Made by a program: the position numbers and the translations under genes
Part shown: positions 20,551-29,905 of the stretch, piece by piece
How the letters are laid out: each line of letters begins with the position of its first letter
Numbering within the stretch: position 1 is the first letter of the stretch
From: Nitrosopumilus sp.
GTDB lineage: Archaea > Thermoproteota > Nitrososphaeria > Nitrososphaerales > Nitrosopumilaceae
Direction of reading: 5' to 3'
DNA length: 64,000 bases
Assembly: GCA_965249555.1 (NCBI GenBank)
Contig: OZ252243.1
Location: 640,001-704,000 of the forward strand
Notes under the pieces: generated by a model
Database searches by the model: none
Told to the model about the DNA's origin: nothing
What the model saw: the letters and a program-made list of their open reading frames with translations, nothing else

Positions 20551-21669
20551 ATGAATAATTCATTGGAATTAAAACAGAATCAACAAGAATCTACGAAATC
20601 GACAACTCAACAAATTCCTAAAGGTAAAAAGATCATAAGATATTCATTGAATCAATCTCTAAAGATCGCAAAATCAATAGAAGACAACAATGCTGGAAAT
20701 CCATATAATCGAATAGATCTATGCAAATCATTAGAATTAAGTCCAAATGGATCCGTCTTTCGAACATTACTTGTTGCATCTAATAGGTATGGTTTAACAA
20801 AAGGTAACTATAATGCAGATAAAATTGAATTAACTGAATTAGGAAGTTCCATAGTTGCACCAATTGATGATGAGAATCAACTACAAGCAATTAAACAAGT
20901 TCTGAAAACCAACATATTGGGAGAAATAATTGATCATTATAACAATAAACAAATTCCAAGAGTTGAATTACTCAAAAATACATTAAAAAAAGAATTCCAT
21001 GTTGAACATGATGATGTAGATTTATGCTATAATGTTTTTATGTCTAATGCAAAAGAATATAACTTAATTCAGAAAATTAAAGGAAAACAATATCTTAAAT
21101 TTGATGTTTCGATTAAACTACAAAATCCAGAAGAAAAATTTGAATCATTAGAGCAATTAGAAAAAGAAGAAACAATAACAAATGATAATATTGCAATTAT
21201 ACCAACAACAGTAACAACTACATCTAAAGTATTTCTTTCTCACAGTAAGAATATGACAATATTGGATCAGATAAAAAAAGTCCTAACATTTGGAAATTTT
21301 GAATTTGAAATTGCAGTAGAAGAAGAAACAACAGCAATTCCAATACCTGAAAAAATATTTGGTTTAATGCGTAAATGTAACTGTGCCATCATAAATGTCA
21401 GTGCAGATGAACAGGAAAAAAGAGAAGATGGAAGTTATGGTATAAATCAGAATGTACTAATTGAAATTGGAGCTGCATTTTTGCAATACAATAAAAAAGT
21501 TATTTTGTTAGTAGATAAAAGAGTAAAGTTACCTAGTAATCTACAAGGATTGTATAAATCAGAATATGAGGGTGAAGAATTAAGCTGGGATACGGGTATG
21601 AAACTTCAAGAAGCGTTATCAAGTTTTCGTCAATCTGGATATGTGGAATCAAAAAGTTCTAGTCAATAA
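20551..21669 (+). CDS. protein with N-terminal winged-helix-like region and C-terminal TIR-like nucleotide-binding domain
   Basis: KVFLSHS, CNCAIINVSAD, NQNVLIEIGAA (candidate catalytic Glu) and LPSNLQGL; start chosen after the palindromic repeats. Confidence 0.8.
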   Translation: MNNSLELKQNQQESTKSTTQQIPKGKKIIRYSLNQSLKIAKSIEDNNAGNPYNRIDLCKSLELSPNGSVFRTLLVASNRYGLTKGNYNADKIELTELGSSIVAPIDDENQLQAIKQVLKTNILGEIIDHYNNKQIPRVELLKNTLKKEFHVEHDDVDLCYNVFMSNAKEYNLIQKIKGKQYLKFDVSIKLQNPEEKFESLEQLEKEETITNDNIAIIPTTVTTTSKVFLSHSKNMTILDQIKKVLTFGNFEFEIAVEEETTAIPIPEKIFGLMRKCNCAIINVSADEQEKREDGSYGINQNVLIEIGAAFLQYNKKVILLVDKRVKLPSNLQGLYKSEYEGEELSWDTGMKLQEALSSFRQSGYVESKSSSQ

Positions 21670-21851
21670 AATAATAACTAGAATTCATAATTAATTCCTA
21701 ACTTTACAACTAAACTCCTAACCATAATACCATAAAAACCCAAGATACCTATGATTTGATCAACCCTCGCTTATCTTAACACTGGTTTGAATTGATTGAA
21801 AACCTTCGTCAAGTTACCAGTGTATTATCAATTGTATTATAACAGGGTGCC

Positions 21852-22120
21852 GTGTATGGTACAATGACGTATAAGAACGTAAAAACAGTACCGTTTGCTT
21901 CACTGATTGCTGCAATGATCCTGCCATTCTCTGGCATGAATTTTGCAGAGGCAGAAATAGATGAAATAAAATACAGTAAATCAGAGATTGACAAATCATT
22001 TAAAAATTCAGAAGGTTATGTCAGTTTTGAGAAACAAGATAATCAAATGAAAGTAGATGTGAGTGAAATGATCAAAAATGATCTAGATATGAAAGATATC
22101 AGAATCATGGAATTTAGGTA
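21852..22120 (+). pseudogene. secreted protein 5' fragment (signal peptide MTYKNVKTVPFASLIAAMILPFSGMNFAEA)
   Basis: Signal-peptide-like start; truncated where an inverted copy of the 29906 gene begins. Confidence 0.6.
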
Positions 22121-22121
22121 T

Positions 22122-22357
22122 TTGCGTTTTGCCATATCCCAAGTGAGCTTGTCCCATGTGTAAACAAAATATGCAGTAAATTGTGAATGTTTTTTTGGTG
22201 CTTTGATTTTGTTTTATTGGTATAACCGTACAATTTGTGGGCTGCAGACCTTACATATGTTTTGTAAGATAATAAATTGCCATAAATTTGTTTATTATTT
22301 TGAGGCATACCGCAAGTCATTATCAATTGTATTATAACAGAGTGCCGTATATAGTAT
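22122..22357 (-). pseudogene. partial duplicate of the promoter and 5' end of the 29906-30709 gene
   Basis: Near-identical reverse complement of about 29860-30092. Confidence 0.85.
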
Positions 22358-23422
22358 AGGCAGTCTAGCCAAGGTAAACCTCCTGCAAGATTTTTACTTG
22401 GTTGGACTTTTGCCTTTGGAATTTAAAATAAATTACTTGCTAGTTTTTTTAATGACAGGATCTCTTCTTCCTGTCTGATTTTTTTATCAATTACACAAAG
22501 CATTGCATCATTCCAAACATGTTGTGAGAAAAAATTATGTTTGGTATTGGCTAATTCAATCTCATCATCCACTACCGTATCTTCAAGAAATTTAGTTACA
22601 ATTACGTCTTCATCTACAGATTATGACGACTTGAAATCATTATTGCATTATGATCCTGCCAATACAAATATTGTCACGGGTAACGGCCCTGATGAGTTAA
22701 TGTGGAATCTACTACAAACTGCAGAAATTATCTTAGATGGAAGTGAAAGCGATGACAAAGATAATGGGAATCTAAAATTCTTTTGTCGTATTATATAGCC
22801 TGGAATGTTTAGCTATATTCAAAGTTCTGGAATGGAAGAGATGTCAATGATTGTGTATTTGGTAGGCCAAATATTTTCTCCCCAGAGAAGATCTATATTA
22901 TTCCTCGATAATGTTACAGGCATCTTTGACACTTGTTATTCGCATATTTACTAAGTTTCTTCATCTGTTGATTCAACATGATGATAATTCTTATTTGTAG
23001 GAATAAGCATTATGGATTTTATCCTTTCTAATGTATAACATGTTGATTTGTATATTCCATTATCCATTTGAAACCATACTGAATTAATTTAGAGAAATCG
23101 TAATTTAACATCGGATGCAATAGGGGCCAGAAATCTAAAGAAAAATATCCCTACATATCATTTGTCATAAAAGTTCCTAAAACAACCATCATGTTGCTGT
23201 TTTGTCTTCAATATTGCAAAAAATATTCAAACATCACTTTACAATGATCCAAATAACTACCATCTCACAGCTTTGGTTGTATAGCATTCCAACTGCATTA
23301 ATTTCAGATTTCTATGATTTCCTTTACGAACAATCCCTTTGGAATGACAATTATGAAAACATTACATATCACATTATTATAAATTAACAATATTTAATAA
23401 ATAAGTGATATGTAGTATATTC

Positions 23423-24292
23423 ATGGTAAGTATAGTAAAAGAGGGAGGATTTTACTATATGAAACATCACACTAGAGACAAAGAAAAGAGAAGATATCTA
23501 GGCAAAACCATACCAAAGGATATCGAGCAACAAAAAAAGACGTTTCTCAAGGAATTTTACTGTAAAGTGTGGGATGGTAAAACACGAAAAATTATCGCAA
23601 GTTACAAAAAAGACACAGTGGGAATTCCACGATCAATAAAACTAAAAAATTTTGAGAGTTTTGCAATATCATTTACATACAACACGCAAAGAATAGAGGG
23701 TTCAAGTCTCACTCGTGCAGACACAATAAACTTGCTAGTACATGGTGTCACTTCTGCAAAAAAATCAAAGATAGATGCCATTGAGACTCTGAAACACTAT
23801 GAGCTATTTATCAGACTAGTAACATCAAAGAAGCTTGAAAGAATCAGAAAAAAAGATGTCCTAAAATGGCACAGAGAAATATTTGATCAAACAAAAATTG
23901 GAGAAGCTGGGGATATCAGACATCACAGGGTAGGAGTAATAACTAGTAACGAGGTAGAATTTACGCCAGTTCCACAGATACCAAAAAAACTAAAAGAATT
24001 TTTTGATTGGCTAAACAGATATGATAAAAAGGCAAATCCTGTAGAATTTGCAGCCCTCACTCATTACAAGCTTGTCTCAATTCACCCCTTTGCTGATGGA
24101 AATGGCAGGATCTCAAGACTAGTCATGAATTATGTTTTATTCAAATATGATTGTCCACTTGTGCAGATTGAAAGCAGGGACAAGAGGTCATATTTCAAGT
24201 CATTAGAAAAATCCCAGACAAACAATAATGAGATGTATTTTCTAAAGTGGTTTATGAAATATTATATCAAATCCAACAAGAGATATCTATAA
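23423..24292 (+). CDS. Fic-domain protein
   Basis: Canonical HPFADGNGRISR motif; NTQRIEGS motif. Confidence 0.93.
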   Translation: MVSIVKEGGFYYMKHHTRDKEKRRYLGKTIPKDIEQQKKTFLKEFYCKVWDGKTRKIIASYKKDTVGIPRSIKLKNFESFAISFTYNTQRIEGSSLTRADTINLLVHGVTSAKKSKIDAIETLKHYELFIRLVTSKKLERIRKKDVLKWHREIFDQTKIGEAGDIRHHRVGVITSNEVEFTPVPQIPKKLKEFFDWLNRYDKKANPVEFAALTHYKLVSIHPFADGNGRISRLVMNYVLFKYDCPLVQIESRDKRSYFKSLEKSQTNNNEMYFLKWFMKYYIKSNKRYL

Positions 24293-24510
24293 AAAAACTA
24301 ATTTACTATCTACGCCAGTTGTCTGCATCTGAGATACTTTCAAATTGATTCTTTTAAAAACCTGACAAACAAAACCCTCAGAACAACCAAAACAATTGAG
24401 TGCCAGCCACAGAAAAGATTTAGAATATTATCTAGAAAATTTTCCCAATTTTTTTCTTAGTTTATTCAACGTTGCTTATCATATGTAGTAATTATTGAAA
24501 TGTACACTCT

Positions 24511-24642
24511 CATACGAAACCGTCTCCAACCCTACTGCGACTAAGTGTGTTTTGCTGAATCACGACATCTGGGATATGCATCTTATACTTTCGTTGTGTC
24601 AGTTCATGATTTTGTATACGATACACTTTCAGAGTTTGTTAG
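24511..24642 (-). mobile_element. IS110 3'-end fragment
   Basis: Similar to 7106-7248. Confidence 0.8.
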
Positions 24643-24918
24643 TATGATGCATTTAGATAAAAAAAGTCCGTATCCACATCAGCCCCTGATTACCCATCAC
24701 GGATGGTCCAAGGGATTCAAATACGGCAATATACCATAGTATAAGATAACATAAGATAGTATCGGTTTGCGATATTTATTCTCTAAAGGCAATTATTCAT
24801 GTTTGTGCCTAAATTATATCTTCAATAACATGTGATTTTGTCAAACCTATAAAATTAACGATCATGTGGAATCTTGTGTGAAAGAAAAATGAAAAGAATA
24901 GTAAAAATGGCATGCTAC

Positions 24919-25025
24919 AACTATGAGCAGGCAACAACACGGAAGAAAGATGCCTAAATCAAGTTCAAGTTCTAGTTACCGTTCATCTAGTAACTATGAC
25001 CAGGCAACAACACGGAAGAAAGGTG
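24919..25025. repeat. about 34-bp imperfect direct repeat, period 73 bp
   Basis: AACTATGA(G/C)CAGGCAACAACACGGAAGAAAG(A/G)TG at 24919 and 24992. Confidence 0.85.
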
Positions 25026-25135
25026 AGATAATCAGGTGCACAAAATGCCGGTTCTGTGAAGTTATCGTGACCTGAAATATGGATCTTCTAAGGATTCTGC
25101 TAACTAATTTTTATAACTGGTTATTCAATCAAAAA

Positions 25136-25243
25136 CATGAATCTCTGCTTACAGAGCCGCCCCATTGAAGAATTAACTATGTGTGTTACAAAATACAAAA
25201 ATTAGAAATTTCTGAAAGTTTCTACTTTCAGCCCCATTACCGA
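25136..25243 (+). CRISPR. degenerate mini-CRISPR (repeat - 36-nt spacer - repeat), candidate crRNA-like RNA
   Basis: First unit ends GCCCCATTGAAGA; second unit ATTTCTGAAAGTTTCTACTTTCAGCCCCATTACCGA aligns without gaps to the array repeat and keeps a 7-bp hairpin; TTTTATAA upstream at about 25109. Confidence 0.75.
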
Positions 25244-25424
25244 ACATACATACTTAATGAATCTATCATAACAAGGATTGAAACTTTGTAGTGAGTTGTA
25301 GAGAATCCAATTTGGAAATCCACTAAAACAAGGATATAACATCTCACTACAAACAAATTATTTTCTTGTGCCTGTCAACAAAATCAAGAAATATTTAATA
25401 AAGTAGTTCAATGTTAATTTGAGT

Positions 25425-25538
25425 ATGACAAAAGAAAACACACCAGATTGGAATGATGAAGACCTTGCCAAATGCACAAAATATGATGATGATGTTAAAG
25501 CAGGTACAATGACCTATAGAAGCATAGAGATAAATTAA
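25425..25538 (+). CDS. small acidic protein (37 aa), putative antitoxin
   Basis: MTKENTPDWNDEDLAKCTKYDDDVKAGTMTYRSIEIN; TATA-like TTTAATAAA about 28 bp upstream; precedes a RelE-like gene. Confidence 0.5.
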   Translation: MTKENTPDWNDEDLAKCTKYDDDVKAGTMTYRSIEIN

Positions 25539-25558
25539 ATCAATTTCTCTCTTTTTTT

Positions 25559-25825
25559 ATGAAAATTTCTAAAATTAAATACAGTAAACAGTTTGATAAA
25601 TTTTTAGAGAATCTGAATGATAAAACTCGTGCAGAACAAATTACTACTGCACTTGAAAACTATGCAAAAGATCCAAATGAATTACCTAGACCAAAAGATT
25701 GCAAACATTATGCAAATAGAGAAAAAGTTGCAATACCTGATGCAAGTGTTGTCGTTTTTTATGATAATTTTGGGAGTTATTGGATTATGATTGATGGTTC
25801 TGAATTTACTCAACGAGTAACTTAG
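25559..25825 (+). CDS. RelE/ParE-like toxin candidate
   Basis: 88 aa; IKYSKQFDKFLENL start, helix pair, DP, then beta strands VVVFYD - a RelE/ParE-like pattern. Confidence 0.55.
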   Translation: MKISKIKYSKQFDKFLENLNDKTRAEQITTALENYAKDPNELPRPKDCKHYANREKVAIPDASVVVFYDNFGSYWIMIDGSEFTQRVT

Positions 25826-25838
25826 TTACTTGTATTGA

Positions 25839-26009
25839 TTAATCCTTAGTTACAACAATTCCTTTACCACGAATGACAAACTTTATCCTTTCAGGATCTT
25901 TGAGAAGTTCTATTATTGGTTTTGGTACTCTGCATATTTTACTGTTAGCTCCATCAAATGTAAGTTTTACAGAAAACTCTCTCTGATCTTTTTTCCATCT
26001 TGGCAACAT
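25839..26009 (-). CDS. small AbrB-like DNA-binding protein (56 aa)
   Basis: MLPRWKKDQREFSVKLTFDGANSKICRVPKPIIELLKDPERIKFVIRGKGIVVTKD; divergent from the transposase, with TACGTACG twice in between. Confidence 0.6.
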   Translation of the reverse strand: MLPRWKKDQREFSVKLTFDGANSKICRVPKPIIELLKDPERIKFVIRGKGIVVTKD

Positions 26010-26090
26010 ACAAAATTATCTTTACATGTATAAAAATCATACGTACGCTAATAAGTTATGTATAAATATACGTACGTGTAATATAATTAC

Positions 26091-27215
26091 ATGAACCCAA
26101 GAACTCAAAGAGCCCAACAGATGATGAAAAATCCAGACTGTGCAGTACAATTCACTCCTGACAAATTCAGTGTAAGATCACAAAGCATTCCACAAATTCA
26201 TTATATCATATCAAAGACTGACAACGGATTAATCTGTGACTGTCCAGATCACACCAAAAGAAAATCAGACTGCAAACATATCAAGATTGTATTGGAGCTA
26301 ATTAAGAAAAATCAAGGTGATGTCCAAGAGTTTAGAATGATGGATAGATCACTACTCAAATTATGCAAATACTGTGATTCAGGCAGATTGATCAAAAAAG
26401 GAATCAAAAAAAACAAGAAAGGAAATACCCAGCAATACAAATGCCAAGATTGTAAAAAGAGATTCACCTTGAATCTTGGCTTTGAGAAGATGAGATATGA
26501 TTCAACTCTAATCACTAGAGCCTTGCAGTTGTACTTTGCAGGAATGAGTGTAAGAGATATTGCAGATGCTTTTGAGCAGGAGGACATCAAAGTATCTTAT
26601 AGGGCAGTCTACGGATGAGTTGAAAAATACTCCAAGATGACCAGTAATTATCTCAAGGGTATAGTACCAAGAGTATCTGAAACTTGGAGAACAGATGAAA
26701 TCTTTATGAAGATAAAAGGCAATATGAAACTACAGTATTCAATGCTTGACCACTCCACTAGATTTATGATCACTCAATATGTGGTAAACACAAAAGGCAC
26801 TGAAAACGTCACACCGATGTTTAGGGAAGCAATGATGATTGCAGACAAAATCCCAACTACTCTGATTTCTGATGGTGCAGCCAACTTTCACTAGGCATGG
26901 AAGGATAATTACAAGGCACGAAATTTCTTGTGGAAAGATACTAACCATATCAGACACATACACCTCAAGGGTGACAAAAATAATAACAGAATGGAAAGAT
27001 TGAATGGTACTATAAGAGACAGAGAAGTAGCATACAGGGGGATAAAGAAGATGAACAGTCCATTATTTGCAGGATTCCAAACATTCTATAATTTCTCAAA
27101 AAAGCATGGTGGCATAGGCAAGAAGACTTCAGCAGAATTAGCTGGTATTCTAGTAGATGGAAATAACAAGTGGAAAACTCTGATCCAAAACGCCTCACTT
27201 AGTCAATACCAATAA
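26091..27215 (+). pseudogene. IS6-family DDE transposase with SWIM and zinc-ribbon domains, two in-frame stops
   Basis: CDCPDH....CKH, CKYC/CQDC, WRTDE, LISDG, NNRMER; the three ORFs share one frame, with TGA at 26616 and TAG at 26892. Confidence 0.92.
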
Positions 27216-27326
27216 TCATCATTTTAAGAATTTTAGAACTTGTAAATTTTATGTAGATTTTTCAATCCTTAGAAGATCGTGTTTTGTGTCTGGGTCACGA
27301 TAACTTCACAGAACCACAAATTCAAT

Positions 27327-28768
27327 GTATGTATCAACCTTCACGCACAAATCAATATCATTACACAAAAAGATCTAAGATCAACTAAATCATCATACAA
27401 AACATGTCAGGTTGTGGTCATGAGAAAATCATCATACAGCTACAAGCAGAGATAAAACAACTGCAAGAAAAGTTAAAACAACTACCGCTAATCATAGAAA
27501 ATCTCATAGAATCAAACAAGGAACTGCAAAAAAAGCTGTCATATTATGAGAATGCACACTCTCCGCCATCAAAGAATTCCCTTGAATGGAGAAAGCAAAA
27601 AAGACAACACAGACAGCCAGGCAAATCAAGACGTGGTGGAATAGCAGGACACGTTGGCAAGACACAGAAATTCAGACCAACTAGCACCAAACACCACAGA
27701 TCAGATGCATGTCCCAAATGCGGTAGTGAAAATATTCATCAAACCAAAACCTGCAAAAGGATAATGGTTGAGATTCCTCCACCAACACCCTACGGTATAA
27801 CTGAGCATGTTTTGAATCAATACATCTGCATGGACTGTTCTGATAATTTTCAAACCACGGGAAACCTTCCACTACATGGATGTTTTGATGGTTCAGTGAT
27901 ACGTGAGGTCGTCTCACTGTTCTCAAAGAGATTGACATACGATGCTATCAGAACCACACTCTATGAAAGATATGGATTAGAAATCAGCAATACAACCGTA
28001 CAATCCATTCTTCGCAACGGTAGTGTGATGTTAGAGTCATTTTACAATACAATCCACAGCGAAATCGTGACTGAAAATATTCTCGGAATCGATGAGACAG
28101 GATTTTCAATTGATGGAAATACTGGATGGATGTGGGTTGCAAGAAGCAAGACTAGTGCACAGTATGCCTTGGAGTACAGCAGAGGTGCCAATGTTCTAAA
28201 AAAGTACTGGAAGAAATTCAAAGGAACCCTAGTGTCTGACGGATATGCTCCGTACAGGACAGTATTTTGTGATAACACAAAGCAGAGATGCACCGCACAC
28301 CTGCAGCGCGATGCCAAATATCTGGCAATAAAATCACAGGACAAAAAGGCAAGGATTCTATACGAGAAACTCTCAGATATGCTAGGTCATGCCAGGGTTT
28401 GGAGTGTAGGTAATCGTCATACAAAACGGCGGGAAACGTACAGGGATGATTTACTAAAACAGCTAGACCGTATCATTGCACGATATTTGAAAGGTGATAT
28501 GGAGATGGTTCAGTTTGGCAAGAAGCTAAAGACTGCAAGGAACAGCATGTTTACGTTTGTCATGGATGGCGATGTCCCGTCAACTAACAATGATGCAGAG
28601 AATTCCATTCGAAAGTGCGTGATGCAGAGGAATGTTCGCGGGCAGATGAAGAGTGATCAGGGCATGAGGATGATCTCAGTCTTTCTCACATGCTTTGAGA
28701 CATGGAGAATAAGGGAATTGAACATGTTTTCTGAGATGGCAAAATACATCTAAGTGCTTGATACATAC
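27327..28768 (+). mobile_element. IS66-family element (single-ORF, ISBst12-like), intact
   Basis: 11-bp IRs GTATGTATCAA / TTGATACATAC and 8-bp target duplication AATTCAAT (27319-27326, 28769-28776). Confidence 0.95.
27404..28753 (+). CDS. IS66-family transposase
   Basis: Coiled coil, SPPS, CPKCG/CMDC, IDETG, LVSDGY, QRCTAHLQR and TNNDAENSIR motifs. Confidence 0.95.
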   Translation: MSGCGHEKIIIQLQAEIKQLQEKLKQLPLIIENLIESNKELQKKLSYYENAHSPPSKNSLEWRKQKRQHRQPGKSRRGGIAGHVGKTQKFRPTSTKHHRSDACPKCGSENIHQTKTCKRIMVEIPPPTPYGITEHVLNQYICMDCSDNFQTTGNLPLHGCFDGSVIREVVSLFSKRLTYDAIRTTLYERYGLEISNTTVQSILRNGSVMLESFYNTIHSEIVTENILGIDETGFSIDGNTGWMWVARSKTSAQYALEYSRGANVLKKYWKKFKGTLVSDGYAPYRTVFCDNTKQRCTAHLQRDAKYLAIKSQDKKARILYEKLSDMLGHARVWSVGNRHTKRRETYRDDLLKQLDRIIARYLKGDMEMVQFGKKLKTARNSMFTFVMDGDVPSTNNDAENSIRKCVMQRNVRGQMKSDQGMRMISVFLTCFETWRIRELNMFSEMAKYI

Positions 28769-28832
28769 AATTCAATTAATTTAAATAAATCTCCAGGAAT
28801 CAATGTCGTTATCGCCATAATGATATTAATTT

Positions 28833-29789
28833 TTGGAAATTACAAGTCAACCGGGCATAACCATTGCAGAGATGGAAGAAAAAAAGCACAAACCAATTCC
28901 AAATGATCAATCACAAAGCAAGTATGAAAACATGCCTGTTTGGCATAATCGAATGGATTTGATAGTAAATCTTGCCCGAGAACTGCAGCTTAGACAAAAA
29001 TACTGGGGGCCTCAAAGAACATCAGCTGATTTTTACAATATCATAGATCAAGAAATTAGTAAACTAGGAAAGAAAAAAATCATCGTAGATTGGAACAGAT
29101 CAAAACGCACGGGCACAATTAGACTGACAGATACAAATCAGACATTCCAGAAACCCACAGTAAGTTTAGACAAATCAAAGAAGAGTGTACTGCCTGACAG
29201 CATGGATCAAAATGATCCAAAAAAAATATTTGTGTCAATACTTGGAAATGGACGTAAAGACAACACATACAAGTTTGCCCTAGCTCGTGCCCTGTTAGAA
29301 TATTGTAAAGAAACATCATACGATGAGAATGACGCACATAGAGTAATACCATACGAATACCTTGCAGACAAATTCCTGAAATATTACTGGCATCAAGAAT
29401 GTAAATTCAAAATTAAACAAGATTTTAAGATTAAAAGTACGCCCAAAGTCATACAAGCAATACGTGATGTGTTTAATGATTCTGTGCCAGCTGATTTTGA
29501 TCTTGTTGATGAGGAACAGAAGAGTCTTGCCAAACGTACCATCTTAAAGACAGTTTTTGGTAATGAAAAATCAAAGACATCACTTGTTGTGCCAAGATTC
29601 CAAAAGATAGTGGAAGGCAGATATTCAAATCTAACAAAGGTGTTTTATGACTATGATGATGCTGCAAAAAGGATAGCTCTTTGCCCCGAAGCATTTAGAT
29701 TCTTCAAAGACAATAACAGTTTACTTTCGTTGGCAGTTCTCCTTTATCTGATTTTTCTGCATCAGCGTATGAATTATCTACCATACTAA
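28833..29789 (+). CDS. N-terminal part of an HNH-endonuclease-associated protein, probably truncated
   Basis: NTYKFALARALL and FLKYYW resemble the N-terminal domain of HNH restriction-like proteins; no HNH motif before the stop. Confidence 0.55.
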   Translation: MEITSQPGITIAEMEEKKHKPIPNDQSQSKYENMPVWHNRMDLIVNLARELQLRQKYWGPQRTSADFYNIIDQEISKLGKKKIIVDWNRSKRTGTIRLTDTNQTFQKPTVSLDKSKKSVLPDSMDQNDPKKIFVSILGNGRKDNTYKFALARALLEYCKETSYDENDAHRVIPYEYLADKFLKYYWHQECKFKIKQDFKIKSTPKVIQAIRDVFNDSVPADFDLVDEEQKSLAKRTILKTVFGNEKSKTSLVVPRFQKIVEGRYSNLTKVFYDYDDAAKRIALCPEAFRFFKDNNSLLSLAVLLYLIFLHQRMNYLPY

Positions 29790-29905
29790 ATGGTATAATC
29801 ATTGCAGCAATCAGTGGAGGCAAACGGTAACTGTCTTTGCGTTCTTGTACGTCATTGTATCGTATACAACACCTTGTTATAATACAGTTGATAATGATTT
29901 GCGGT

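Larger units (their letters stand above)
25050..27315 (+). mobile_element. IS6-family element with cargo
   Basis: Perfect 23-bp terminal IRs GGTTCTGTGAAGTTATCGTGACC (25050-25072, 27293-27315) plus an inner 15-bp IR GATCTTCTAAGGATT; GGTTCTGT start is IS6-like; no target duplication seen. Confidence 0.9.

Noticed and set aside
22541-23387. Short ORFs at 22541 and 23202
   Set aside because: Fragmentary with no convincing family; 22541 may be surface-protein debris but cannot be supported
26616-26894. Stop-codon recoding in the IS6 transposase
   Set aside because: Two different stop codons (TGA, TAG), each one substitution from a sense codon, and both terminate other genes here; nonsense decay is simpler
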